From a virus (Duplodnaviria > Caudoviricetes): a stretch of 47,565 nt of DNA. Position numbers and translations under genes: made by a program. The stretch spans positions 1-47,565 of the IMG/VR virus record IMGVR_UViG_3300043220_000046; one strand, 5' to 3'. Each line of letters starts with the position of its first letter. Within the stretch, counting starts at the first letter, position 1. Below are positions 16,959-26,200 of the stretch, piece by piece. The notes below the pieces were generated by a model, which was not told the DNA's origin, did not search any database, and was given only the letters and a program-made list of their open reading frames with translations.

Positions 16959-17960
16959 ATGACCCAACTCGAAGGACAACCTCAACAGCAGTCCGCATTC
17001 AATCAGCGGGCCGACAACGCGGCGCTAGCTCTCAAAGACCAACTTGGTCAAGAGCTCAGTGCACAGACCGGACAGCAAGTGGTTCTCCCACCGAGTCCGG
17101 TGCCAGTAGGTCAGGACGGTCAACCTGTCGGACAGCTTCCCCCCGAGGGGAGCTACGCACGCACGGCACTCGAGCAGCAGCAGCAACAAGCCCAGCCGCC
17201 GCAGCAACAGCAGCCAGCGCCGACCCCAGCGACACCGCCCGCACCTGCGCCGCAGCAGCAAGAGCCAATCTCTCAGAGGGCGCAGGAACGAATCACCTCG
17301 CTCGTCTCACAACTCAGAACCAAGGATCAAGAATTCCAGCAACTGCAACAGCAGCAGGTCCAGCAGGCGACGTCGGTCGAGGAGTTGCAATCGCAACTCA
17401 CCGCCCAGCAGAACCAGATGCAGAACCTGCTCGAGCAGAACCTGGAGAGCTTGGACCCCGAGGCGCGCGCTCAGGTAATGCAAAGCGCGCAACTCAGCCA
17501 AGCCGTTGCGGCATCCGAGCAGAGAATTCTGCAGAGGATCACTCCGAAGGTGCAGGCCCTGGAAAACAGGAACCTGCAACTGGAGAAGAGCGGCTTGAGT
17601 GGCACCTATCGGGGTTACGACCCGATGGTGCACGATGCCTTGATCGACGAGTTCAGACGAGGGAACCCGAACTGCTCAGTCGAGCAGGCGTTCCGGGCAT
17701 GCGCTACCGCTGAGGAGTTGTCTGTTGGAGCAGGTCGGCCAGCACCCGCACCACCGCCAGCGATCCCACCAGGAAACGGAGCACCGTCTCCCCGCTACAT
17801 GCCCCAAGCACAGGCCAACCAACCGGATCCGATTCAGCAGATCAAGGACGACGCCGCACGCGCGGCCGAGCTCGCTCGCTCTTCGGATCCTGCAGACCAG
17901 AAGGCCGCCACGGCGCTCTGGAACAAGAACCTGGCTGACCGATTGTTCGGACCGCAGTAG
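16959..17960 (+). CDS. Capsid scaffolding protein
   Basis: Q/P-rich linkers plus coiled coil (RAQERITSLV); directly before the major capsid gene. Confidence 0.8.
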   Translation: MTQLEGQPQQQSAFNQRADNAALALKDQLGQELSAQTGQQVVLPPSPVPVGQDGQPVGQLPPEGSYARTALEQQQQQAQPPQQQQPAPTPATPPAPAPQQQEPISQRAQERITSLVSQLRTKDQEFQQLQQQQVQQATSVEELQSQLTAQQNQMQNLLEQNLESLDPEARAQVMQSAQLSQAVAASEQRILQRITPKVQALENRNLQLEKSGLSGTYRGYDPMVHDALIDEFRRGNPNCSVEQAFRACATAEELSVGAGRPAPAPPPAIPPGNGAPSPRYMPQAQANQPDPIQQIKDDAARAAELARSSDPADQKAATALWNKNLADRLFGPQ

Positions 17961-18029
17961 CCGGAAGAAACCGCTCACGACCTGGTGCGCTGCCTTGGTG
18001 CGGGGAACAACCAACCCCAATCCAATACC

Positions 18030-19055
18030 ATGGCTTTCGTAGGCAGTCTCGGAGTTCTCAACTCCTTCGATGTCGGCACAGGTAACCGCGAGGACCTGCT
18101 CGACATCATCACCAATATCAGCCCGATGGACACGTTGTTCCTCTCGGGCTTCGAGAAGGTGCCAGCATCCAACATCACTCACGAGTGGCTGGTGGACATC
18201 CTGGCGACCTTCGGCGACCCGGACGTAGGCAATGCCGACGTGCAGGCCGTCGCAGAAGGCAGCGATGCCGACTTCACCACGCTTGTTCCACGCAAGCGAT
18301 TGTGCAACCTGACGCACATCATTCGTCGGACCTTCGACGTTTCGGACACCCAGCGGGACATCAACACCGCCGGCATCCGCGACGAATACGTCTACCAGCT
18401 GCGCAAGGCTGGCATGGAGCTCGCTCGGTTCATCGAGTTTGCTCTCGTGCACAGCCAGCGTCAGTTCCAGACGGCGCAGGGCAACACGGGCGGCGTGCTG
18501 CCGCGCAAGATGGATGGTTTCGACGCCTACGCGGCGGCGAGCGATCCGACCTGCGCGACTACTCTCGGTCTGAGCTCTGACGAGCTCGGAACCGTCACCC
18601 TGGTAGGTGGCGCTTCGCCGGCGAACTGCATCGATGAGTGCACACTCAACGAGCACCTGCAGGCGATGTGGGAGAAGGGTGCGCAGACCGACACGCTCTG
18701 GTGCAATGCTGTCCAGAAGCGTTCGCTCTCGAACCTGACCCTCAACCCGAACTCGCAGATTCGCTACAACATCAATGCGAACGATCGGACCGTGATCAAC
18801 ACGGTGGACTACTACCAGTCCGACTTCGGGACCCAGAAGGTCTATCTGCACCGCTACCAGAACAACGCGCGCATCGCGACTGCTGAGGCCAACAAGCTCC
18901 GCATCGCTGTTCTGCGTCCCGTTCTGGCCGTCGAGCTCGCCAAGCTCGGCTCGTCGACGAAGGGCATGATCGAGTGGGAGGGCACCCTCGAGGTTCTCGC
19001 CCCCAACGCGATCGGCTTCATCGACACCCTCTGCACCGGCGTTGCCGGCTGCTAG
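18030..19055 (+). CDS. Major capsid protein (SU10/DUF5309 type)
   Basis: REDLLDIITNISP.DT.F, HEW..D.L, AEGSD, YQL.KA..EL.R.IE, SDFG and EGTLEV motifs. Confidence 0.93.
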   Translation: MAFVGSLGVLNSFDVGTGNREDLLDIITNISPMDTLFLSGFEKVPASNITHEWLVDILATFGDPDVGNADVQAVAEGSDADFTTLVPRKRLCNLTHIIRRTFDVSDTQRDINTAGIRDEYVYQLRKAGMELARFIEFALVHSQRQFQTAQGNTGGVLPRKMDGFDAYAAASDPTCATTLGLSSDELGTVTLVGGASPANCIDECTLNEHLQAMWEKGAQTDTLWCNAVQKRSLSNLTLNPNSQIRYNINANDRTVINTVDYYQSDFGTQKVYLHRYQNNARIATAEANKLRIAVLRPVLAVELAKLGSSTKGMIEWEGTLEVLAPNAIGFIDTLCTGVAGC

Positions 19056-19065
19056 TAGTTAGCAA

Positions 19066-19100
19066 GCCGCGGAGTCGCCATCGGCTCCGCGGCACCTCTT
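19066..19100 (+). terminator. Hairpin after major capsid gene (weak terminator or mRNA stabiliser)
   Basis: 12-bp stem GCCGCGGAGTCG/CGGCTCCGCGGC, loop CCAT, poor U-tract (ACCTCTT). Confidence 0.6.
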
Positions 19101-19114
19101 CACGGGAGTAGATC

Positions 19115-19678
19115 ATGGGTGCTGGCAGATTCAGTCTTGGAGGCCTTCAGCGAGTAGAGGCATTCCCACCGTTGGTCTGTGAGACCCTGGCCCTCGGGCG
19201 CTCGTTCTCTCTCGTGACGGACTTCATCGATCTGGATCCTCTGAGCCTCGAGGAGTCCTTGTTGGTGGTCGAGAACACAATCTACGGACTGCTATCGATC
19301 GACACGTTTTCGGCGGCTGTGGCTGGCGGGGCTATTGCTGGTGCGCCAGGAACAGACTTCGCGGTCCTGTTTCGGGCGCTCTTGAATCCCACCGAGCACA
19401 ATGCTCCGGCCGAACTCACTGCGGTCGCCCTCAACCAGGCGGAGGATCGCATCCAGGGATTCAAGGGGAACGCATTTCAGCACGACGGGTCGAACACGGC
19501 CGGGCCAGTCGATGGCGCTTTGGTGGGGACAGTTTCGTTGTCGCGGGGAAGCACGCTGCCGCCACTCAACACAGGAATCATCCTGAAGAAGGGTGATGTC
19601 TTCGTCATCTCGGGAGTGAACGAGGGCATCTTGACCCCGGTTAGTGTGTCGCTGCAGGTTCACGTTTTGGACGTATAG
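19115..19678 (+). CDS. Putative head decoration / minor structural protein
   Basis: GGAG RBS; beta-rich; directly after capsid gene. Confidence 0.7.
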   Translation: MGAGRFSLGGLQRVEAFPPLVCETLALGRSFSLVTDFIDLDPLSLEESLLVVENTIYGLLSIDTFSAAVAGGAIAGAPGTDFAVLFRALLNPTEHNAPAELTAVALNQAEDRIQGFKGNAFQHDGSNTAGPVDGALVGTVSLSRGSTLPPLNTGIILKKGDVFVISGVNEGILTPVSVSLQVHVLDV

Positions 19679-19682
19679 ACCC

Positions 19683-20144
19683 ATGCCTAGATTCAGTTCA
19701 TTCATCTTCCCAACCGGCTTCCAAGCTCTGGCTCAGGCGTCCGGTAAGCAGGCGATCCTGGCTGTCGCAACGGGCGACAAGCATGGTCTGATCATCGACG
19801 ACATCGTGTTCTCTACGGATGCGTCTAGCCCGGTGAAGGTTTGGGTCAAGGTGGCCAGTCTGCCGGCGGCTCATGGCCTGACGGCTACGGTCACTGCGGC
19901 ACTCACCAATCGAAGCAAGACCGCTTTCGCCGGGACTGCGTTTCGATCCAAGGGGACCATTGCTGTGAATGCACTGGCTGGAGATCTGGCCTTCCAGACG
20001 TTCGCGATCGCCGGATCACTTCGGTTGAGACAGCTACGAAACCTCATCCTACCCCCGGACAAGGTCATCGTTGTGGAGGCCGAGACCGCGGCCGACTGCT
20101 CGGTTGGCGTTGTCCTCAGCGCCCACTATGAGCCCCACGCATGA
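19683..20144 (+). CDS. Putative beta-sandwich structural protein
   Basis: ATG at 19683; Ala/Val/Thr-rich strands; structural module context. Confidence 0.7.
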   Translation: MPRFSSFIFPTGFQALAQASGKQAILAVATGDKHGLIIDDIVFSTDASSPVKVWVKVASLPAAHGLTATVTAALTNRSKTAFAGTAFRSKGTIAVNALAGDLAFQTFAIAGSLRLRQLRNLILPPDKVIVVEAETAADCSVGVVLSAHYEPHA

Positions 20145-20335
20145 GAGCCAGGCCGTGCGAGCGATGCGGTTCTATGGCCGAGGTGACCAGGCAGAAGAAG
20201 CTGCAGATCACCAAATGCTCGCACTGCAAGCACAAGACGATCAAGCACATCATCAACAAAGGCTGCGGAGGCTGAGGCGGTCGCAACCGCCTGCGCCGTG
20301 TGCGCCGCGCCACTAGGAACCTGACCATCTCATGA
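20141..20335 (+). CDS. Zinc-ribbon protein with in-frame UGA (20273-20275) in a CGGU motif; 44 aa if terminated, 64 aa if recoded
   Basis: MRARPCERCG...KCSHCK...KGCGG*GGRNRLRRVRRATRNLTIS; ATGA overlaps at both 20141 and 20332. Confidence 0.7.
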
Positions 20336-20757
20336 GATACCCGTTCAAGTGCTACGACTGCGAGACCGATCAGACGATCGACACTCGCCCACTCCATCCC
20401 CCGAAGGCACCGGACTGCCCGGCCTGCGGCGAAGCCATGGACCGCGTCTACGGCTGCAGCATCAACACGAGCTCTTGCCAGGACGTGGACTTCATCCCCG
20501 AGAAGGATCGGATTGCCTGCGGCGCCGGCGACCAGAACATGACGTCCGGCCAGGCGGCAGCGATCGAGAAGAAGCACGCCGCGCACAACGAGCAGACCAG
20601 GCGCGACCTGGCCGACGGCGGCAACCGGGGGCAGATGAAGAAGAAGATGCAGATCCCGGCCGCGCTCTACCATGGCAAGATCAAGCAGACCGGGGACCGC
20701 AACTACTGGGATGACTCGAAGAACCGGAACCGGCACAAGTCCTGCCAGGTGAGCTAG
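20332..20757 (+). CDS. FmdB-like zinc-ribbon protein
   Basis: MRYPFKCYDC...CPACGEAMDRVY N-terminus. Confidence 0.8.
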   Translation: MRYPFKCYDCETDQTIDTRPLHPPKAPDCPACGEAMDRVYGCSINTSSCQDVDFIPEKDRIACGAGDQNMTSGQAAAIEKKHAAHNEQTRRDLADGGNRGQMKKKMQIPAALYHGKIKQTGDRNYWDDSKNRNRHKSCQVS

Positions 20758-20761
20758 CCCC

Positions 20762-22399
20762 ATGACCGAAGCCTTCGAAGACAAATTCAACCGGCCCGAT
20801 GCGGTGGTGGGGACCAACTACACCGTCCCATGCGGCAGTGCGCATATCTTCGACGAATCGGTGCTCCCGGTGAAGGTCGAGACCATCAACGGCTCAGAGG
20901 TCCTAGAAACGCCCCTGGAGCGATGCCAGGTCATCCTCACCGCTGAGGTCCTCGACAGCCCCGACCAAGCTCTCAGGGCGGTCTGGGGCCACGACGCGGT
21001 CGTCCCAGCCGGTGTAGACACTCCGCCGAGCTTCACGATCCTCGCCAGGGCCACAAAGGACCCCCTGGTGATTGACCTGGCGCCGCCGGACGAGTCGCCA
21101 GACTGCTACGACCAGTTCTACGGGCTCCGGGTCACCTGCCCTCTTGACGGCTCGAGCCCGATCCTCAAGCTGATCAAGAAGCAGCCGAGGAACCGGGTGT
21201 CCGGGCTATCGAACCCGAGCTCGGTCGAGCCTGACCTTGCCCAGGTCTTGGCGTCGGTGGTGATCATCAGCCAGGCGCTCAACGTGGACCCGACCTGGGA
21301 CAACACAGGCGACCCACCCTACCGGGGCTTCTGGCAGGACATGCGTCTGCGCATCCGCCGCGGCGACAACGAGGTGGTGCTCGAGGCGTTCCTCAACGAT
21401 CGCTACTTGAACAACCCGATCCTCACCTACACGGATCACCAGGACCCGCTCTGGTCGACGATCGGCGAGCCAGGCTTTGAGTTCCTCTCGGCCGTGCTCT
21501 CGACCCAACCTGCAGGCGCATCGCCGTTTGCTCAAGGCGCCGCGGCGCTCATGCGCTGCACGCTGTTCTCGGTCCAGACGGTGAAGGACGTCCGTCGGCC
21601 GAACATGGTGATTCCGTCGAACCAGTTCACCTACGCCCGCGTCGTCGATCGCGTGATCACGCTCGTCGAGAAGAACGGCGATGCCAAATACACGGCCACC
21701 AACTCAGGCGTAACGAAGCGCGAGACCTACCTCGGCTTCGTGCTCGAGGCTGAGGGTGAGATCATTCGCGAGGAGGGCTACTACCACTGGCTTCGTCGAA
21801 CCCAGCGAATCTTCCTCGAGGATGGACAGGACACCTACGAGCTCCCCGAGAACGTCGGCGAGATCCAGATGGTTCGGCCAGGAAACTTCGTCTCGGGTCC
21901 GCTCAGTGAGATGGAGCCGTTCGACTTCCATCAGTCGATCGCCGGTCGGCTGAGCTCTGGCGGCAAGCCAGCGATTTACATCATGGCGCCAGAGACGGTG
22001 AACAACCGACCGGCGATTCGCTTGTTCCCGACACCGCTGATCTCCTCGATCGCGGTGAACGACGACACCCTCAGTCCCTTCCTCGAGATTGACTATTACG
22101 CGCGCCAGGTGTTCCCCAGCGATCCGTCGATGCAGATCCCGTTCGTCCCGCAGCAGGACATCGACGTTCTGACCTACGGGGCGACGGCGCATGCTCTCAC
22201 GCTCGACACCGACGACGCCAACTCGCAGCGCATGCTCGCCATGTATATGGGTAAGCGCGCTGGTCTGCGCCGCAAGAACAACCGCAAGGTGTCAGGTCGC
22301 CGGACTGTCATGCGATCGGCCGCCGACGTCTTCGTTCCAACCGAGGGGACTCGGGTCCCGACTCTCCGAGCAACCCAGCTGCAGAACTTCCTCCTATGA
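20762..22399 (+). CDS. Head-tail adaptor with ~290-aa N-terminal beta-rich extension
   Basis: C-terminal half W.RRTQ..L..GQDTYELP..G.P..Y..IRLFPTP..IDYY..P..P..DVL.YGA is podoviral adaptor-like. Confidence 0.7.
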   Translation: MTEAFEDKFNRPDAVVGTNYTVPCGSAHIFDESVLPVKVETINGSEVLETPLERCQVILTAEVLDSPDQALRAVWGHDAVVPAGVDTPPSFTILARATKDPLVIDLAPPDESPDCYDQFYGLRVTCPLDGSSPILKLIKKQPRNRVSGLSNPSSVEPDLAQVLASVVIISQALNVDPTWDNTGDPPYRGFWQDMRLRIRRGDNEVVLEAFLNDRYLNNPILTYTDHQDPLWSTIGEPGFEFLSAVLSTQPAGASPFAQGAAALMRCTLFSVQTVKDVRRPNMVIPSNQFTYARVVDRVITLVEKNGDAKYTATNSGVTKRETYLGFVLEAEGEIIREEGYYHWLRRTQRIFLEDGQDTYELPENVGEIQMVRPGNFVSGPLSEMEPFDFHQSIAGRLSSGGKPAIYIMAPETVNNRPAIRLFPTPLISSIAVNDDTLSPFLEIDYYARQVFPSDPSMQIPFVPQQDIDVLTYGATAHALTLDTDDANSQRMLAMYMGKRAGLRRKNNRKVSGRRTVMRSAADVFVPTEGTRVPTLRATQLQNFLL

Positions 22400-23280
22400 C
22401 CAAGATGCAGGAGTTCCCGCTTCGGCCTCAAGGCCGACCATGGGCGGGCATCAACACCAGGTCGGGAAAGCTCGACGACGGTTCAGGCCAGATGACCGAT
22501 TCCTCGGTCAACTGCATCATCAACCGCGCCGACGAGCTCTCGAAGCGCAAGGGCATGGTGCGCGGCATCGACGAGCGATTCGCTGGCTCGGTGTGCGGCC
22601 TGCACAAATACAGCGACGAATGTGGACGAGAATGGTTGCTTGTGGCCGATGAAGGGGGCTTCTCAGTTCGGCAGCCATTCTCGATCCCTTCCTTCGCGGC
22701 GTCGGATGCATATCCGAGTGATGCATTTGCATCAGACGGCCCGGTCGACACCAACTTCTGGAACGACACGGAGGGCTACGAGCAGGCGGGCGGAGCTCTC
22801 GTCCTGCAGGCGGGGCAGTCGAATCCTGGCGACATGACCTGGTTCAAGGTCGCGAGCAACTTCTCCTACCAGTCCGTCGTCGACTTCACGATCGACAACG
22901 ACTCGACCGTGGTCGCCATCATCAAGAAGGCGGCCGTCGCCCGCCTCGAGGCGCGCATCGTCCGCGTTGCCGGCAACGGGATCGTGACCCTCGTCTGGAC
23001 CGACTCAAGCGGATCCGAAACCGTCCTTGGGACCGCCGGCATCAACACCGCCACAGCTGGATCCATGACCCTGAGCTACGAACGCAACGCCGTGGGCAAC
23101 ACCTTCACCGCCAAGCTCGAGGTCTTCCCCGAAGGCCTGGCGTCATTCGTCCTCGAGGATTCCGACACGATCAACGCCCTCGCTGATTCCGACCTTGGTC
23201 AACAGACCGCGCTCAGACTTGAAAGCGCGACCGGCGCGAGCTCGGGCACCGTCCTCGAGATCCAGGGGAGCCCGCTCTAA
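22396..23280 (+). CDS. Tail protein carrying the N-terminal part of a nozzle/stabilisation protein
   Basis: WAGINT...VN......LSKRKG...VCGLH resembles N-termini of P22 gp10-like nozzle proteins. Confidence 0.6.
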   Translation: MTKMQEFPLRPQGRPWAGINTRSGKLDDGSGQMTDSSVNCIINRADELSKRKGMVRGIDERFAGSVCGLHKYSDECGREWLLVADEGGFSVRQPFSIPSFAASDAYPSDAFASDGPVDTNFWNDTEGYEQAGGALVLQAGQSNPGDMTWFKVASNFSYQSVVDFTIDNDSTVVAIIKKAAVARLEARIVRVAGNGIVTLVWTDSSGSETVLGTAGINTATAGSMTLSYERNAVGNTFTAKLEVFPEGLASFVLEDSDTINALADSDLGQQTALRLESATGASSGTVLEIQGSPL

Positions 23281-26200
23281 TGGCTGGCCTCCGCTACCCA
23301 GGCACCGTCCTCGCGAACGGCTGGCTCAACATCGGCGGCGCAACCGGCGGGTGGTCGCCGTTCGTCCTGACCGACAACTGGCTGACCTCGTCGCTCGAGC
23401 ACCACCGCCTTTACCTCGCGCCGAGTCGCTACAGCAGCGTGCGCAAGGTGATCTTCTCGCTCACCTTCCAGCACATCCAGACGGGCGGCACTCTCGCCGA
23501 CACCTTCTCGATGCGGGTGGCGCCCTCGAGCACGAGCACGCAGAACCGCGACACGATCGAGAGCAACGCGATCGCTCAAGACTCACGGCCCGTCGTCTCC
23601 GGTGTCGGCCAGATCTGGAGCGTCAACGAACCGCTGCGGGACGCGGCCTTCTACGCGCTCAACGGCAGCGAGAACCAACTCGCCCCGCGCCAGGTCGCGA
23701 ACGAGCCACCGATCACGACGGACGCCCAGACCCTCGTCGTCGAGTTCGATCGGTTCAGCGCGGGGAGCGCGGACTTCTTCGCCGACTGGGACGCGATCGT
23801 CGATCTCGCTTCTGACGATCGCTACATCGCCTACGCCCTGGGCATCCAGAGGGACAGCCTCTCAGCCTTCACGGGCGGACTCGGCGACACGACCAGGCAT
23901 CCAACGATCATCGGCTGCCAGGTCACCGTGGTTCAGGCTCCAGCATTGGAGAACAACACCTGCACTTACGTCCCGATGACCAACGGCCTCCACCCGGACG
24001 AGAACTTCAATGTGCCAGGCACGATCCAGAAGATGGTGCCGTTCACCTTCCGGGCGGCCGACTGGGATGGGATCGAGTCGATCAACTGGGTGATGCGCCA
24101 GACCCCGCGCTCCGGAGCCAACAGCGTCGGCTTCTACCAGGTCCACCTGCAGGAGATCGCGAACAACGAATCGAAGCCTGGCACGCTGATCGACACGCAC
24201 CAGGTCTCGCCAAGCGCAACGAACATCAGCACGTTCATGCGCTCGGACGACATCAAGGCGTTCTTCGGGGACGGCAAGACCTACACGGCGAGCTTCACGT
24301 CGAACACTGGCAGCGGCCAGCAGGATCTGCCATGGGGCTGGCTCGAGATCATCCAGAAGAACTGCACGAAGAAGGTCACGATCCATCCGGTCGGCATGGG
24401 CAACGTCGCCGGCGTCACCACCTTCGTCCCGTCGGCCCCGTCGTCGATCGGTGACTTCCGCTTCGCGAGCGACCAGTCCCTCTTCGATCCTGATTGGTAT
24501 GAGAACATGCCGATCTCGTTCTTCCTCGGCCAACGGTTCTTTGGCGGCATCGACCACATTGCCGACAGCGACACCGATCAGATGTTCGTCCTGAACAACG
24601 ACCTCGGTGCCGACATTCCGAACTCAGCGTTCAACCTGGTCGGCGACGAGGTGAGCTCGACCCCTGATGCCGACCCTGGCGTCCGCCTTCGGAACAGGCC
24701 TATCACGAGTGGGCGGGTGAACCCGTTGCTTGTGGGTGTCCGCAGCGTTCTCAAGATGCGCTACAACCGCGACAGCTGGGACGCCCTCGAGGTGTCCGGC
24801 CTGAGCGGGGTTGCCTACACGTTCACGATCCCGAACAAGGAGTTCCTCGAGCTCGGCCCGATCTTCGAGATTGGGAAGTTCGATCCAGAGGGTTGCACGA
24901 GCACAGCTGCAGGTCTCGGCGATAGCCCGGGAATGCTCTTCCTCACGAATGGGAGCTCCATCCCGAAGAAGTTCAACCCAACGTCAGGGATCGTCGACAA
25001 CGCGGGCATGCCGACGCCATTCCGCGATCAGGAGCCGTCGGTGACGACCGACAGTGTCGCGCTCTCGCCGGACGGCGGTCTCACGCCTGGTGTCTACAAG
25101 TATCGCTACACCCTGCGCAACTGCTGCACGGGCAAGGAGAGTGATCCGAACCCGGTCGACATCGAGGCGGATGCCAACGGGGAGACGCCGGCGGCGGAGG
25201 TGACCCTCAATTTCTCGGGCGTGGTCATCCCTGCGGACTCGCAGATTTGCGAGATCTGCATCTACCGGACGATCATCGACGGGGACTTCCCGGTGATGGC
25301 GAAGGTCGGCTGCTTCGACCCGGACGATACCTCGACCTTCGTCGACATCCTGAGCGACTCGCTCCTCGACTTCGTGAACGACTCGCTCTCGATCCTCAAC
25401 GCACCGATGCCGTGCGTGAGCGTGGTCGCGCAGTTCCGCAATCGTCTCTTCGGGCTCGGCGACATTCCTCAGCTGGATCCACCGGGGACCGTGAGCGTCA
25501 CGCTCGATAGCGACATCCTCGAGGGCGACAGCGAGACTGAGTTCGATCGCTGCGTGATTGGCAAGTTCATTCAGATTGAAGGCGACTGCACTTCCTACGA
25601 GGTCGTCGAGCTCCTGGCGCCGATCGAGTCGACACCGCTCGCTGGCGTGAGGCTCAAGCTCGATCGACCCTACGAGGGGATCACCGACGAAGGGCTGAAC
25701 TACATCACCTGCGGGCACCCGAACCGGCTCTACATTTCGGAGCCCCTCGAGGGCGAGTGCTGGCCGGGGATCAACTTCCTCGACATCGACCCAGGCGACG
25801 GCGATCGCCTGATGGGTGCCATCACCAACTTCAACCGCCTGGTGGTCTGCAAGCGAAACAAGACCTACGTGGTTGCCTTCCGCGAGCAGCCGATCCTTGA
25901 AATCGTGGTGCCGACCCTGATCTCGAGCGACATCGGTTGTGTTGCCCCGCGCAGTGTCGCGCAGGTCGCCAGCGGCTCGGTGTGGCTGAGCGATCGCGGC
26001 CTGGCGCTCTACGACGGCCGCGGCGTTGGGGCTGTCCCGGAAAGCGCCGTGATGAACGATCTGTTCGTCAACCCTGAGAACCCGAACTACCTGCGCCGCG
26101 ACTCCAATGGACGGGTGCTCGGCGCCGCCGGCGTCTTCTACCCGAGGCGTGAGCAATACCTGCTCCTGCTTCCAACGGTGAAGACGACCCGTGGCGCGAG

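Noticed and set aside
17170-17215. CAG/CAA runs (also near 27660 and 27775) as variable repeats
   Set aside because: Encode poly-Gln linkers with mixed codons
23255-23282. Programmed frameshift joining the two nozzle-like genes
   Set aside because: No slippery heptamer before the TAATG overlap
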